45,464 nt of DNA from Actinomycetes bacterium (GTDB taxonomy: Bacteria; Actinomycetota; UBA4738; HRBIN12). The stretch is taken from the NCBI GenBank assembly GCA_031364965.1, contig JANLXF010000222.1, positions 1 through 45,464 of the forward strand, written 5' to 3'. Numbering within the stretch: the stretch's first letter is position 1; every line of letters begins with the position of its first letter. The notes under the pieces are model-generated. The model was not told the DNA's origin. It saw nothing but the letters and a program-made list of their open reading frames with translations, and did no database searches. This document shows, piece by piece, positions 9,125 through 18,576 of the stretch. A program made the translations under genes and the position numbers.

Positions 9125-9399
9125 GTGGCCGTGCTAGGTGGGGAGCCAGCGGTGCCCTGTAACCCGCGATCCGCTTCAGCGGGGCTGAATCCCCGCCCGA
9201 GGTCCGGATGGTCCGGGGCAGCCCTCGTCACGGAGCGTTGAAGGTCGGGTCCTGCGCGACTCCAGACCGCGAACCCGGTCAGGTCCGGAAGGAAGCAGCC
9301 GTAAGCGGATCCTGGTGGGTGCCGTAGGGATGCCTGGCTGGAGCTCTGAGTTGAGGTAGCGACCGAGGTATCCGTGGTCGGAGGCGGGTGCACGGCCAC
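9125..9399 (+). ncRNA. ffs: Signal recognition particle RNA, large (Alu-domain) bacterial type
   Basis: Domain IV CGGTCAGGTCCGGAAGGAAGCAGCCG at 9276-9301; termini GTGGCCGTGC/GCACGGCCAC pair; 5' GCCGTGCTAGGTGGGGAGCCAGCGGTGCCCTGTA resembles Bacillus scRNA; TATACT at 9113-9118; lies upstream of dnaX. Confidence 0.93.
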
Positions 9400-9447
9400 A
9401 TCTGTGTCCCCGAGAGGGGAGCGCCTCCGGGTGCGGAAAGGCAGCGA

Positions 9448-11292
9448 GTGGCGGACGAGAAGCAGCACCAGGCCCTGTACCGCCGATACCGGCCGCAGAC
9501 GCCCACCGAGGTGCTGGGCCAAGACCACGTGGTGCGCGCGCTCACCGGTTCGATCCGCGAGGGCCGTCTGCACCATGCGTTCCTGTTCTGTGGGCCACGG
9601 GGGACGGGGAAGACCTCCACGGCCCGGATCCTCGCCAAGATGGTCAACTGCGAGCAAGGCCCCACGGCCGAACCCTGCGGCGTGTGCTCGCAGTGCGTGA
9701 CGATCCGCGAGGGCACCCATCTCGACGTCGTCGAGATCGACGCCGCGAGCCACGGAGGGGTCGTGGACGCGCGTGAGCTCCGCGAGAAGGCGCCCACCGC
9801 GCCGGTGCAGGGCCGCGAGAAGGTCTACATCATCGACGAGGCACAGCGCCTGTCCCGCGAGGCGTTCGACGCCCTGTTGAAGGTCTTCGAGGAGCCGCCG
9901 GCCGGCGTGCGCTTCGTGCTCGCGACCACCGAGCCGCACAAGATGCCGGCCACGATCGTGGGGCGATGCCAGCGGTTCGACTTCCGGCGGCTCTCGATGG
10001 AGCAGCTGGCCGCGCACCTCACCGACATCGCGCAGAGGGAAGGCGTTGTGCTCGAACCGTCGGCCGCGCACGCGATCGCGCGCCAGGCCGAGGGATCTGC
10101 GCGTGACGCGATCTCGCTGCTCGACCAGGCGAGCGTCCTAGGCGGCGCCACGATCGACGACGAGGCGATCCGGGCGCTCCTGGGCGCCCCGCGCGGCGAG
10201 GTCCAACAGGAGCTGGCCGACGCGGTGGCCGTCGGTGACGCGCGCACCGCGTTCGAGGTCGTCGACCGGCTGGTGCAAGACGGGCAGGACCTGCGCAACG
10301 TCACCGCCGAGTCGCTCGGGCACTTCCGGAACCTGCTGCTCGCGAAGACCGCGCCCGGCCAGCACGACCTGATCGACGTGGCCGCCGACGCCTATGAGGC
10401 CCTTCGGATCCAGGCGGAGAAGTACACGCCCGGCGAGCTCGCCCGCGTGATCTCCCTGCTGCTCGCTGCCCAGCAGGACATGCGCTGGACGACCTCGCCT
10501 CGTATCTCGCTCGAGCTCGCGCTCGTGCGCGCGACCATCCCCGATACCGACCCGAGTCCCGCGGGGCTGGTCGCTCGCCTGGAACGGTTGGAGCGGCTCG
10601 CGAATCTGGAGGCGGGCTCGGTGGTGCCGCCGGCGTCGGCGCCCACGCATGCACGCACGCCGAGCCCGGCCGACGACGTCGAGATCCCGGCGCCGGCCGC
10701 GCCGATCGAGTCGCCCCAGCCCGCCGCGCCCCCGATCGAGGACGTCACCACGATCCCGGAAGCAGCCGAGGTCCCGATCGCCCCGCCGACCGAGCCCGCG
10801 ATGACCCAGCCGACCGAGCCCGAAGCCGCTGTCTCGAAGCCGTCGACGCCCGGGGAGCACGCGACCCAGATGCCGGTGCCGCACGCCGCCGACGCCGGCA
10901 GTGTCGACGTCACGATGCTTCGCCGTTCTTGGCCTTCGCTGATCGATCACCTCGGCTCGAGCCGGCAACCGATCCTGAAGGCGATCCTGGAATCGGCCAC
11001 GGTGTCGGCGTTCGACGGCACGACCCTGGAGCTGGCGTTCCCGCCCGACCGCAAGGTCGGCCCGCAGAAGGTCGCCGACCGACAGGACGACCTTCGTTCG
11101 GCGCTGAACGATCTCTTCGGGATCTCCCCACTCATCACCTGTGTCGTGCGTGAGGCGCGGGACCCGGTGGGCGGCGTCGCCGCGGTCGAGGTGGTCGATG
11201 AAGAGGACGTACCCGACGAGGCCGAGGCGCTCCGTCGGGTCCAAGAAGTGCTGGGCGCCACCCCCGCTGATCCTGCCGGGGACGCGGGGTAG
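9448..11292 (+). CDS. dnaX: DNA polymerase III subunit gamma/tau
   Basis: [16 protein letters not shown], Zn finger C..CGVC..C, EIDAAS, IIDEA, GRCQ; GTG start after GAAAGG; Pro/Ala-rich linker. Confidence 0.97.
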   Translation: MADEKQHQALYRRYRPQTPTEVLGQDHVVRALTGSIREGRLHHAFLFCGPRGTGKTSTARILAKMVNCEQGPTAEPCGVCSQCVTIREGTHLDVVEIDAASHGGVVDARELREKAPTAPVQGREKVYIIDEAQRLSREAFDALLKVFEEPPAGVRFVLATTEPHKMPATIVGRCQRFDFRRLSMEQLAAHLTDIAQREGVVLEPSAAHAIARQAEGSARDAISLLDQASVLGGATIDDEAIRALLGAPRGEVQQELADAVAVGDARTAFEVVDRLVQDGQDLRNVTAESLGHFRNLLLAKTAPGQHDLIDVAADAYEALRIQAEKYTPGELARVISLLLAAQQDMRWTTSPRISLELALVRATIPDTDPSPAGLVARLERLERLANLEAGSVVPPASAPTHARTPSPADDVEIPAPAAPIESPQPAAPPIEDVTTIPEAAEVPIAPPTEPAMTQPTEPEAAVSKPSTPGEHATQMPVPHAADAGSVDVTMLRRSWPSLIDHLGSSRQPILKAILESATVSAFDGTTLELAFPPDRKVGPQKVADRQDDLRSALNDLFGISPLITCVVREARDPVGGVAAVEVVDEEDVPDEAEALRRVQEVLGATPADPAGDAG

Positions 11293-11294
11293 GC

Positions 11295-11891
11295 ATGGGG
11301 TACGAAGGCCCGATCCAGGAACTGATCGACGAGCTGGCCCGTCTGCCCGGCGTCGGCCCCAAGTCGGCGCAGCGGCTGGCCTTCTGGCTGGTCAAGGCGC
11401 CGATCGACGACGCCAAACGGCTCGCCCAGGCGATCATCGAGGCCAAGGAGCGCATCTTCTTCTGCCGTGAATGTGGCAACGTCGCCGAGGGCGATCTCTG
11501 CCGTGTCTGCCGCGACGAGTCGCGCGACCGCACGCAGCTCTGTGTGGTCGAGGAGCCCAAGGACGCCGCCACGCTCGAGAAGGCCGCGCTGATCCATGGG
11601 CGCTTCCACATCCTGGGCGGCGCGATCAGCCCTCTCGACGGCATCGGGCCCGACGACCTTCGCGTGCAGGAGTTGCTCGACCGGGTCGAACGCGACCACG
11701 TCCAGGAGGTGATCCTCGCGACCAACCCGAACCTGGAGGGGAACGCCACCGCGATGTACGTCGCCGCGTTGCTGAAGCCGGTCGGGGTCAAGGTGACGCG
11801 GCTCGCGAGCGGCCTGCCGGTCGGGGGCGACCTGGAGTACGCCGACGAAGTGACCCTTTCGCAAGCCCTCGAGGGCCGGCGAGAGATGTGA
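11295..11891 (+). CDS. recR: Recombination mediator RecR
   Basis: [11 protein letters not shown] HhH, CxxC..CxxC Zn finger, [27 protein letters not shown]. Confidence 0.98.
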   Translation: MGYEGPIQELIDELARLPGVGPKSAQRLAFWLVKAPIDDAKRLAQAIIEAKERIFFCRECGNVAEGDLCRVCRDESRDRTQLCVVEEPKDAATLEKAALIHGRFHILGGAISPLDGIGPDDLRVQELLDRVERDHVQEVILATNPNLEGNATAMYVAALLKPVGVKVTRLASGLPVGGDLEYADEVTLSQALEGRREM

Positions 11892-11895
11892 CTCG

Positions 11896-12471
11896 GTGTC
11901 GAGCATGACGCCCCCCGGAGCCGACGAGGTCGCTGACCGCGCGCTGATCCTCTACGCGCTGACGCGGCGCGGGACGATCGAGCTCGCGCTGGGGGAGTTC
12001 GCCCTCGAGCCGTCGCGGGTGGCACAGGCCGAGGCCGCCCGGGTCGAGACCGACCGATGGATCGCCCGTGAGTCGCTCGACGACGCCTTGACCGAGACCG
12101 AGCGGCGCCTGTTCGAGACGGCGTCGGGCACCTGGCCCAAGCCGGCGATCGACGACGCCCTGTGGCGGCGCGAAGCCCTCGGGGTGCTGCTGTGGGCGCT
12201 CGGGCACCTGGGTGAGATGGCCCCCTACGGTGAGGAGTTCCCCGCGCACGACCTCGAGGCCGCGATCACGCGGTACGGCTCGGTGGCCGCGTTCCGGGCC
12301 GAGGGGCGGCTCCGCGCCGCCGCCGATATCGAAACGGCGTGGATGGAGGCCGACGCGTGGTTCGGCGCGACCGAGGGCCGTGGCGACGACGACGCCGCGG
12401 TGGCCTCGACCGCGGCCGAACGGTTCCGTGCGCTCAGCTGGCTGCGTGACGGCGGCGCCGCACCAGCGTGA
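11896..12471 (+). CDS. DUF4272-like protein
   Basis: WRREALGVLLWALG and ERFRALSWL motifs; start may be ATG at 11905. Confidence 0.65.
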   Translation: MSSMTPPGADEVADRALILYALTRRGTIELALGEFALEPSRVAQAEAARVETDRWIARESLDDALTETERRLFETASGTWPKPAIDDALWRREALGVLLWALGHLGEMAPYGEEFPAHDLEAAITRYGSVAAFRAEGRLRAAADIETAWMEADAWFGATEGRGDDDAAVASTAAERFRALSWLRDGGAAPA

Positions 12472-13606
12472 CGATCGCCCAGATCGCGAGCCCGATGGCG
12501 GCGACGGGCACCAGATAGCCGAGCCCGATGATCACGGCGCTCACGACCCGAAGGAACCCCTCCCATCCGAGGCGGATCGCATCGCCCAGGCTGGGGTTGT
12601 CGGTCGTCGGCGCGGGCGACTCTTCGGGCGCGTGCTGCTCCCGGAGCTCCACCTTGATCGTCGCCTCGGCCACCTGGTTCTTGATGAACCGCAGCTGACC
12701 CTGGGACTTCTCGATCTCGAACTGCGTCTGATCGATCAGTCCCGCGAACCTGAGGATCTCCGACGACGACGTCGCCTTCGCCTGCAGGCTGCGCAGCAGA
12801 TCGCGCTGGCCGAGCAGGATTTTCAGCCGGGCGGTCTGGTCGATGAACTCGGCGGTGACGTCCTCACCGGTGACCTCATCGGCCTGGACCTCGCCGATCC
12901 CCCGCAGCCGCTCCATCGCGACGTCGAACTTCTTCGCGGGGATGCGCAGGGTGAAGGTGCCCGTGTTCTGGTCTCGTGTCGACGAGGTGAGCACGAAGCC
13001 TCCGAGGCTCGTGGCGACACGCGACACGCTCGCGAGCGAGGTCTCGAACTTCCCGTCGGGCACGATGACCGAGATACGCCCGTCGCGCACGATCTTCGAG
13101 AGATCGCCCTGGGCCTGCGCGGGTGGCAGGCTGGACGCGCCGTGAAGAGCGGCCTGACCACTCCCGCCGCTCGCAGTGTCGAACGCGTCATAGGTGATGC
13201 CGCCGCTCGTGAGCGCGCCGGCCCGGCTCCCTCCCTCATCGAGTCCGGGCGCGGGCGCCGGAGAAGCCTGTTCGAAGGTGCCGGGCTTGGGCTGGGTCGC
13301 GCCACGATCGGTGGGCACGCCGCCCACGGCGTCGCCCGAGTCGGTGAACCCCGCGCTGGCGGCCGACGAGTCTTGGCTCGAGTGCTGGCTCAGGAATCCG
13401 ATGCTTCCCGCCAGCACGACGAACGCGACGAGCGCCGCCGCGATCCCTCCCCAGTGGCGTTCACGCAGGGGAACCCGGCGCGGGCGGCCCTTCGCGTACC
13501 CCGAGCCCGACCCGGAGGCGGCGCCGGGGAGCGCGGCTGCCTCGCGGGCGGCTGCCTCGGTCAGGTCGGTCTCGAACTGCTGCAGGAAACGGATCTCGGT
13601 GTTCAT
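12434..13606 (-). CDS. DUF4349 domain membrane protein, probable anti-sigma partner
   Basis: KIVRDG...LRIPA...EDVTAEFID...coiled coil and C-terminal TM; N-terminal TM; ATGA coupling with the sigma gene. Confidence 0.8.
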   Translation of the reverse strand: MNTEIRFLQQFETDLTEAAAREAAALPGAASGSGSGYAKGRPRRVPLRERHWGGIAAALVAFVVLAGSIGFLSQHSSQDSSAASAGFTDSGDAVGGVPTDRGATQPKPGTFEQASPAPAPGLDEGGSRAGALTSGGITYDAFDTASGGSGQAALHGASSLPPAQAQGDLSKIVRDGRISVIVPDGKFETSLASVSRVATSLGGFVLTSSTRDQNTGTFTLRIPAKKFDVAMERLRGIGEVQADEVTGEDVTAEFIDQTARLKILLGQRDLLRSLQAKATSSSEILRFAGLIDQTQFEIEKSQGQLRFIKNQVAEATIKVELREQHAPEESPAPTTDNPSLGDAIRLGWEGFLRVVSAVIIGLGYLVPVAAIGLAIWAIVTLVRRRRHAAS

Positions 13607-14190
13607 GCCTCGACCTCCGTGGTCAGCTGCATCCCGCGCTCCTGCAGCATTAGCGCCACCTTCCGAAGGCCGCGGCTCACGCGTTGGCGGGCGTTCGCCT
13701 CGCTGCAGCCGAGCCGCGAGGCGACCTCGGGGTAGCCCATCTCGTCGATCACGCGAAGCTTCATCGCGTCGCGCTGGTCGGGGCTCAAGGTCTCCAGGGC
13801 CTCGCTCAAGGCCCCGCGGATGGGCGCGAAATCGATCAGGTCCTCGATGCGTTCGTAGTCCTCGGGGGGGAGCTCGCGCTCGGGGATCCCGATGCGACGG
13901 CGCGCGCTCGCGTCGACCCGTCCGCTGCGGAAGAAGCGTCCCAGCCGGTGCCGGGCGATGCCGTAGATCCACGCCACGCCGTTCACCCCCTTGTCGGTGT
14001 AACTCTGCCGTGAGGCGAACGCCTCGGCGAAGGTCTCGGCCGTCAGCTCAGCCGCCGTCTCGGGGTCCAGCGTGCGGCGCGCGAAGTACCGAAGCAGGTC
14101 CTCGGCGTGCCGCCGGTAGAGCTCGGTGAAGGCGTCCGGCTCATCTCGTGATGCGAGCAGGAGCTCGGTATCGGTGCGCTGGTCCGGCAC
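13603..14190 (-). CDS. ECF RNA polymerase sigma factor
   Basis: AFTELYRRH, AELTAETF, AWIYGIARH, YPEVASRLGCSEANARQRVSRGL; GTG start after GAAGGGGA. Confidence 0.92.
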   Translation of the reverse strand: MPDQRTDTELLLASRDEPDAFTELYRRHAEDLLRYFARRTLDPETAAELTAETFAEAFASRQSYTDKGVNGVAWIYGIARHRLGRFFRSGRVDASARRRIGIPERELPPEDYERIEDLIDFAPIRGALSEALETLSPDQRDAMKLRVIDEMGYPEVASRLGCSEANARQRVSRGLRKVALMLQERGMQLTTEVEA

Positions 14191-14271
14191 GGGGTGTCCC
14201 CTTCGTCGTGGGTCCTCGCGGGTCGGTTCTACACCCACATGCCGCGAGGCGGTTCCGGCGTGACAGGCCGG

Positions 14272-14301
14272 TTGGACGACGGGACGCGTCGCGAAAGTTC
14301 C
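14272..14301 (-). promoter_or_regulatory. Candidate ECF autoregulatory promoter GGAACT-N17-CGTCCAA
   Basis: -35 at 14301-14296, -10 at 14278-14272, upstream of the sigma gene. Confidence 0.6.
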
Positions 14302-14315
14302 CCCGCGTTGTCCGC

Positions 14316-15347
14316 TCAGCGCTCGAGGACGATCTTGCCGAGTTGATCGCCGGCGTCGAGCCGGGCCAGAGCGGCCGGGAATTCCTCGAACGAGAAGGTC
14401 GAATCGACCGGCACCGGATCCACCTCGCCACGATCGATCATGGCCACGGCGTCGGCGAACTCGCGGTGATCGTTCATCGTGGAGCCGATCACCTCGAGTT
14501 GTCGCCAGAAGAGCGTCGGGAGATGGAGCTCGGCCGTGCGCCCACTCGTGGAGCCGTTCGTGACCAGCCGCCCACCGCGCGCGAGCGACCGGATCGAGCG
14601 CTCGAACGTCGCCGGGCCCACGTTGTCGATCACGATGTCGACCCCGCGGCCGCCGGTTGCGTGACGAACCGCCCGATCGAAGTCGCCGGCAGAGTCGAAG
14701 CTGCCCGCGGCTCCGTGGGCGAGCGCCCACGCGAGCTTGTCGGGTTTGGTCGAGGTTGCGAAGACGTCCGCGCCGAGCGCCGAGGCGATCTGGAACGCCG
14801 CGGTCGAGGTGCCACCGCCGATCCCGATCACGAGCACGCGGTCTCCCGTCCGCAGTCGCGCCTGTCGGAGCATCCGTAGTGCCGACGACGTCACCAGTCC
14901 GAACGCCGACGCCTCGGCCCAGTTCAGCCGGGCCGGCTTCCGGACGGCGTTCACCGCGGGCACCACGACGTGGTCGGCATGGGTACCCCACCGGTGTTCG
15001 CCGACGATCCTGAACGTCTCGCAGAACGGGATATCGCCGTTGAGGCACGCTTCGCACGTGCTACACGACGTCGACGGGTCGATGACCACCTCGTCGCCCT
15101 CGGTGACGCTCTTCACGCCGGCGCCGACCGCGTCGACCACGCCCGCGCCATCGGCCCCGGCCACGTGGGGAAGCGAGGGCGGACGTGGCAAGCCCCGTGC
15201 GACCCAGAGATCCAGATGGTTCAGTGCGGAGGCGCGGAGCGCGATCCGGACCTCTCCCGGGCCGGGCTCGGGCGTGGGGACCTCGCCGAGGGCGTACGCC
15301 TCGGGACCGGTGACGTCGTGCAACAGCCAGGCGCGGATCGAGCTCAC
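14316..15347 (-). CDS. Zinc-binding dehydrogenase / MDR family oxidoreductase
   Basis: ALNHLD, GADGAG, structural Zn CSTCEAC..C, GIGGG, GKIVL; start uncertain (GTG at 15347 or 15353). Confidence 0.88.
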   Translation of the reverse strand: MSSIRAWLLHDVTGPEAYALGEVPTPEPGPGEVRIALRASALNHLDLWVARGLPRPPSLPHVAGADGAGVVDAVGAGVKSVTEGDEVVIDPSTSCSTCEACLNGDIPFCETFRIVGEHRWGTHADHVVVPAVNAVRKPARLNWAEASAFGLVTSSALRMLRQARLRTGDRVLVIGIGGGTSTAAFQIASALGADVFATSTKPDKLAWALAHGAAGSFDSAGDFDRAVRHATGGRGVDIVIDNVGPATFERSIRSLARGGRLVTNGSTSGRTAELHLPTLFWRQLEVIGSTMNDHREFADAVAMIDRGEVDPVPVDSTFSFEEFPAALARLDAGDQLGKIVLER

Positions 15348-15382
15348 CTCCACGAGGGGACGTCCGATGCTAGCGTGCCCGC

Positions 15383-17458
15383 ATGACGGAATCGTTCCCA
15401 CGCCAGTACGCGAGGACGCGCGGCTTCAATCTGGGTCTCCCCCGCTCCTTCTCGATCGCGTCCGACGGATCGAGGGCCGCCTTCCTGCGAACCGCGCGCG
15501 GCGACGATCCGCTCGCCTCGCTCTGGGTGCTCGACGTCGCCGACGGCCGCGAGCGTCTCGTCTACGGTCCCGATCCGGAGGGGCACATCACCGACGAGGA
15601 GCGTGACCGGCGAGAGCGCATGCGCGAAAGCCAGACAGGCGTCGTGACCTACGCAGCCGACCCGGCGTTGCGGCTCGCGTCGTTCGTCGTGGGCGATCGG
15701 TTGCTCGTCGCCGACCTCGTTCAGGGCGGGATCCGGGAGCTGACACCGGCAGGGCCGGCGTTCGACCCCCGCCCGGACCCTACCGGTCGCCAGATCGCGT
15801 ACGTGACCGCTGGCGCGCTGCACACGATCGACCTCACGGCGGGCACCGACCGACGTCTCGCGCATGATGAGGATCCAGACGTGCACTGGGGTATCGCGGA
15901 GTTCGTCGCGGCCGAGGAGATGGAGCGACGACGCGGGTACTGGTGGGCGCCCGACGGGACCAGGCTGCTCGCGGCACGGGTGGACGATCGCCCGCTCGAG
16001 GTCTGGCACATCGCCTCGCCGATCGACCCGACCGCGCCTCCACGCTCGGTGCGCTACCCACAGACCGGTACGGCGAACTCGATCGTGACGCTGCACGTGC
16101 TCGGCCTGGACGGCGTACGCGTCGATGTCGAGTGGGAGCGCGAGGCCTTCGAGTACGTGGTGGCGGTGTCGTGGACCGATGAGGGACCGCCGCTCGTGCT
16201 CGTGCAGTCGCGCGATCAGCGCGACATGCGGGTGCTGGCGATCGACCCCGAGTCGGGCGCCTCCGAGATCGCCTGGCAAGACCACGACGATGTGTGGACG
16301 CACATCACGCCCGGCACGCCGGCCTGGCTCCCGGGTGGGCGTCTGCTGACGGCGGGACACCGCGACGACACGCGTCGTCTGCTGATCGACGGCCAGTCGG
16401 TGACCCCGATCGGCCTGCAGGTCGACTCCGTGGTGTCGAGCGGCGACGAGGTCGTGTTCGCCGCCACCGACGAAGCCACCGAGCTGCACGTCTGGCGCCT
16501 GGGCGCCGACGGGAAGCTCGATCGCGTGAGCGAGCGCGTAGGCAGGCACGCTGCGGTGGCCGAGGGCGATCTCGTGGTACTCGTATCCGAGACGGCGGAT
16601 GCGCCCTTCCCGACGGCAACGCTCTTACGTAGGGGTGAGTCCATGCACACCTTCGACCGCTTCGCCGAGGTGCCCGTGCTCGAGGCCACGCCCAAGTTCG
16701 TCTCTCTCGGCGCGAAGGAGCTCCGCACCGCGATGCTCACCCCGCACGGCGAGGAGCCGACATCCCCGCTCCCCGTGTTGTTGGCCCCGTACGGCGGCCC
16801 GCACTGGTGCCGGGTCGAGCGCACCCAGCGGGCGTTCCTCGAGGATCAGTGGTTCGCCGACCAGGGGTTCGTCGTGCTCGTGATCGACGGGCGCGGCTCG
16901 CCCAACCGGGGGGTCGCCTGGGAGCAATCGATCTATGGGCTGGGTCCCGATCCGGCGCTCCAGGACCAGGTCGAAGCTCTGCTCGCCGCCGCCGAGCGAT
17001 ACCCCTTCATCGATCTCACGAAGGTCGCGATGCGCGGGTGGTCATACGGGGGCTCTCTGACGCTCGCCGCGCTGCTCCGACGACCCGACGTCTTCTACGC
17101 GGGCGTTTCGGGGGCGCCCGTCACCGACCTCGCGTACTACGACACCCACTATGAGGAACGGTACTCGGGCACCCCACAGGACAACCCCGAGGCGTACGAG
17201 CGCGGCAACCTCGTCAAGGACGCCGCCAACCTACGGGGCGAGCTGCTGATGATCCACGGGCTGGCCGACGACAACGTGTACGTGACGCACGCGTTGCAGA
17301 TGTCGAAGGCGTTGATGGAGGCGGGACGCCGGCACGCGATGATCCCGCTCTCGGGCGTCACCCATCGCCCGATCGACGAACGAGCTGCCGAGAACATGCT
17401 GATGATCGAGGTGGAGTTCTTGAAGCGGTCGCTCGGCGTGGACACGCTCAAGACGTAG
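15383..17458 (+). CDS. S9 family peptidase (dipeptidyl peptidase IV-like)
   Basis: Beta-propeller N-terminus with EE motif (AEEM), nucleophile GWSYGG, HGLADDNV, C-terminal His. Confidence 0.93.
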   Translation: MTESFPRQYARTRGFNLGLPRSFSIASDGSRAAFLRTARGDDPLASLWVLDVADGRERLVYGPDPEGHITDEERDRRERMRESQTGVVTYAADPALRLASFVVGDRLLVADLVQGGIRELTPAGPAFDPRPDPTGRQIAYVTAGALHTIDLTAGTDRRLAHDEDPDVHWGIAEFVAAEEMERRRGYWWAPDGTRLLAARVDDRPLEVWHIASPIDPTAPPRSVRYPQTGTANSIVTLHVLGLDGVRVDVEWEREAFEYVVAVSWTDEGPPLVLVQSRDQRDMRVLAIDPESGASEIAWQDHDDVWTHITPGTPAWLPGGRLLTAGHRDDTRRLLIDGQSVTPIGLQVDSVVSSGDEVVFAATDEATELHVWRLGADGKLDRVSERVGRHAAVAEGDLVVLVSETADAPFPTATLLRRGESMHTFDRFAEVPVLEATPKFVSLGAKELRTAMLTPHGEEPTSPLPVLLAPYGGPHWCRVERTQRAFLEDQWFADQGFVVLVIDGRGSPNRGVAWEQSIYGLGPDPALQDQVEALLAAAERYPFIDLTKVAMRGWSYGGSLTLAALLRRPDVFYAGVSGAPVTDLAYYDTHYEERYSGTPQDNPEAYERGNLVKDAANLRGELLMIHGLADDNVYVTHALQMSKALMEAGRRHAMIPLSGVTHRPIDERAAENMLMIEVEFLKRSLGVDTLKT

Positions 17459-17494
17459 CCTTCGGCGGGTCAGGCGTCGCGCTAGGCTTGGTCG

Positions 17495-18499
17495 ATGGGA
17501 CCGCTGGAGGAAGCGCTCGATCAGATCGCACGCCGGACTGGTTTCTCGGGTGTCGTGCGCGTTGACCGTGCGGGCCGCCTTGACCTCGCGAAGGCGTACG
17601 GACTCGCCGATCGCGCCCACGACATCACGAATACGGTCGACACCCGATTCGCGATCGCGAGCGGCGCGAAGGGCTTGACGGCGCTCGCGGTGATGAGCCT
17701 CATCGAGGACGGCTCGCTTCACCTCACCACCACGGCACGTTCGGTGCTCGGCGACGCCCTCCCGCTGATCGACGACGCCGTGACGATCGAGCAATTGCTC
17801 TCACACCGGTCGGGCATCGGTGACTACCTCGACGAGGACGCCGGTCACGAGATCACCGACTACGTGATGCCGGTCCCGGTGCATGAGCTTGCGACGTCGG
17901 AGCAATACCTGGCGGTGCTGGCGGGGCATCCCACCGCCTTTCCGCCGGGCGAGCGGTTCGCGTACTGCAACGGCGGCTTCGTCGTGCTCGCGCTGATCGC
18001 CGAGCGCACGAGTGGTGTGCCCTTCCACGAACTCGTCCGTCGACGGGTGTGCGACCCGGCGGGCATGGTCCACACCGAGTTCCTGCGTTCGGACGAGCTC
18101 CCCGGGAACACCGCGTTGGGGTACCTCTGGGACGCGGGCCTCAGGACCAACGTGCTCCACCTGCCGGTGCGTGGGAGCGGTGACGGCGGGATCTACTCGA
18201 CCGCTGCGGACCTCGCTTCCTTCTGGATCGCCTTGTTCGCGGGGCGGATCGTCTCCGGAGACCGGGTGGGCGCCATGGTGAGGCCTCGGAGCGAGGCGCC
18301 GGCCGGGTCGAAGCGCTACGGCCTCGGGTTCTGGCTCCATGCGTCGAGCGAGGCGGCGATCCTTGAGGGGTACGACGCCGGCGTTTCGTTCCGTAGCGTG
18401 CACGATCCGGCAACGAGCACTACCTACACCGTGATCTCGAACAGCTCCGATGGGGCATGGCCGATCCTGCGACTCCTCGACGATCGCCTGGGGAACTGA
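17495..18499 (+). CDS. Serine hydrolase, beta-lactamase/AmpC-like family
   Basis: FAIASGAK (SxxK), LLSHRSG, FAYCN (YxN), YGLG. Confidence 0.9.
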   Translation: MGPLEEALDQIARRTGFSGVVRVDRAGRLDLAKAYGLADRAHDITNTVDTRFAIASGAKGLTALAVMSLIEDGSLHLTTTARSVLGDALPLIDDAVTIEQLLSHRSGIGDYLDEDAGHEITDYVMPVPVHELATSEQYLAVLAGHPTAFPPGERFAYCNGGFVVLALIAERTSGVPFHELVRRRVCDPAGMVHTEFLRSDELPGNTALGYLWDAGLRTNVLHLPVRGSGDGGIYSTAADLASFWIALFAGRIVSGDRVGAMVRPRSEAPAGSKRYGLGFWLHASSEAAILEGYDAGVSFRSVHDPATSTTYTVISNSSDGAWPILRLLDDRLGN

Positions 18500-18576
18500 C
18501 TCGTCCGGCTGGCTCGTGGGCGAAGCCCCGCCGCTAGACTCGGACGCGTTCCCGAGCACCGGAGCAGGAGCGCGGC

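Noticed and set aside
9388-9447. ORF-track start of dnaX at 9388
   Set aside because: Overlaps the SRP RNA 3' helix; GTG 9448 has an RBS and lies just before the conserved ALYRRYRP
10560-10900. Programmed frameshift or slippage site in dnaX producing gamma
   Set aside because: No A-run or heptameric slippery sequence seen; the region is a Pro/Ala-rich linker with short imperfect repeats
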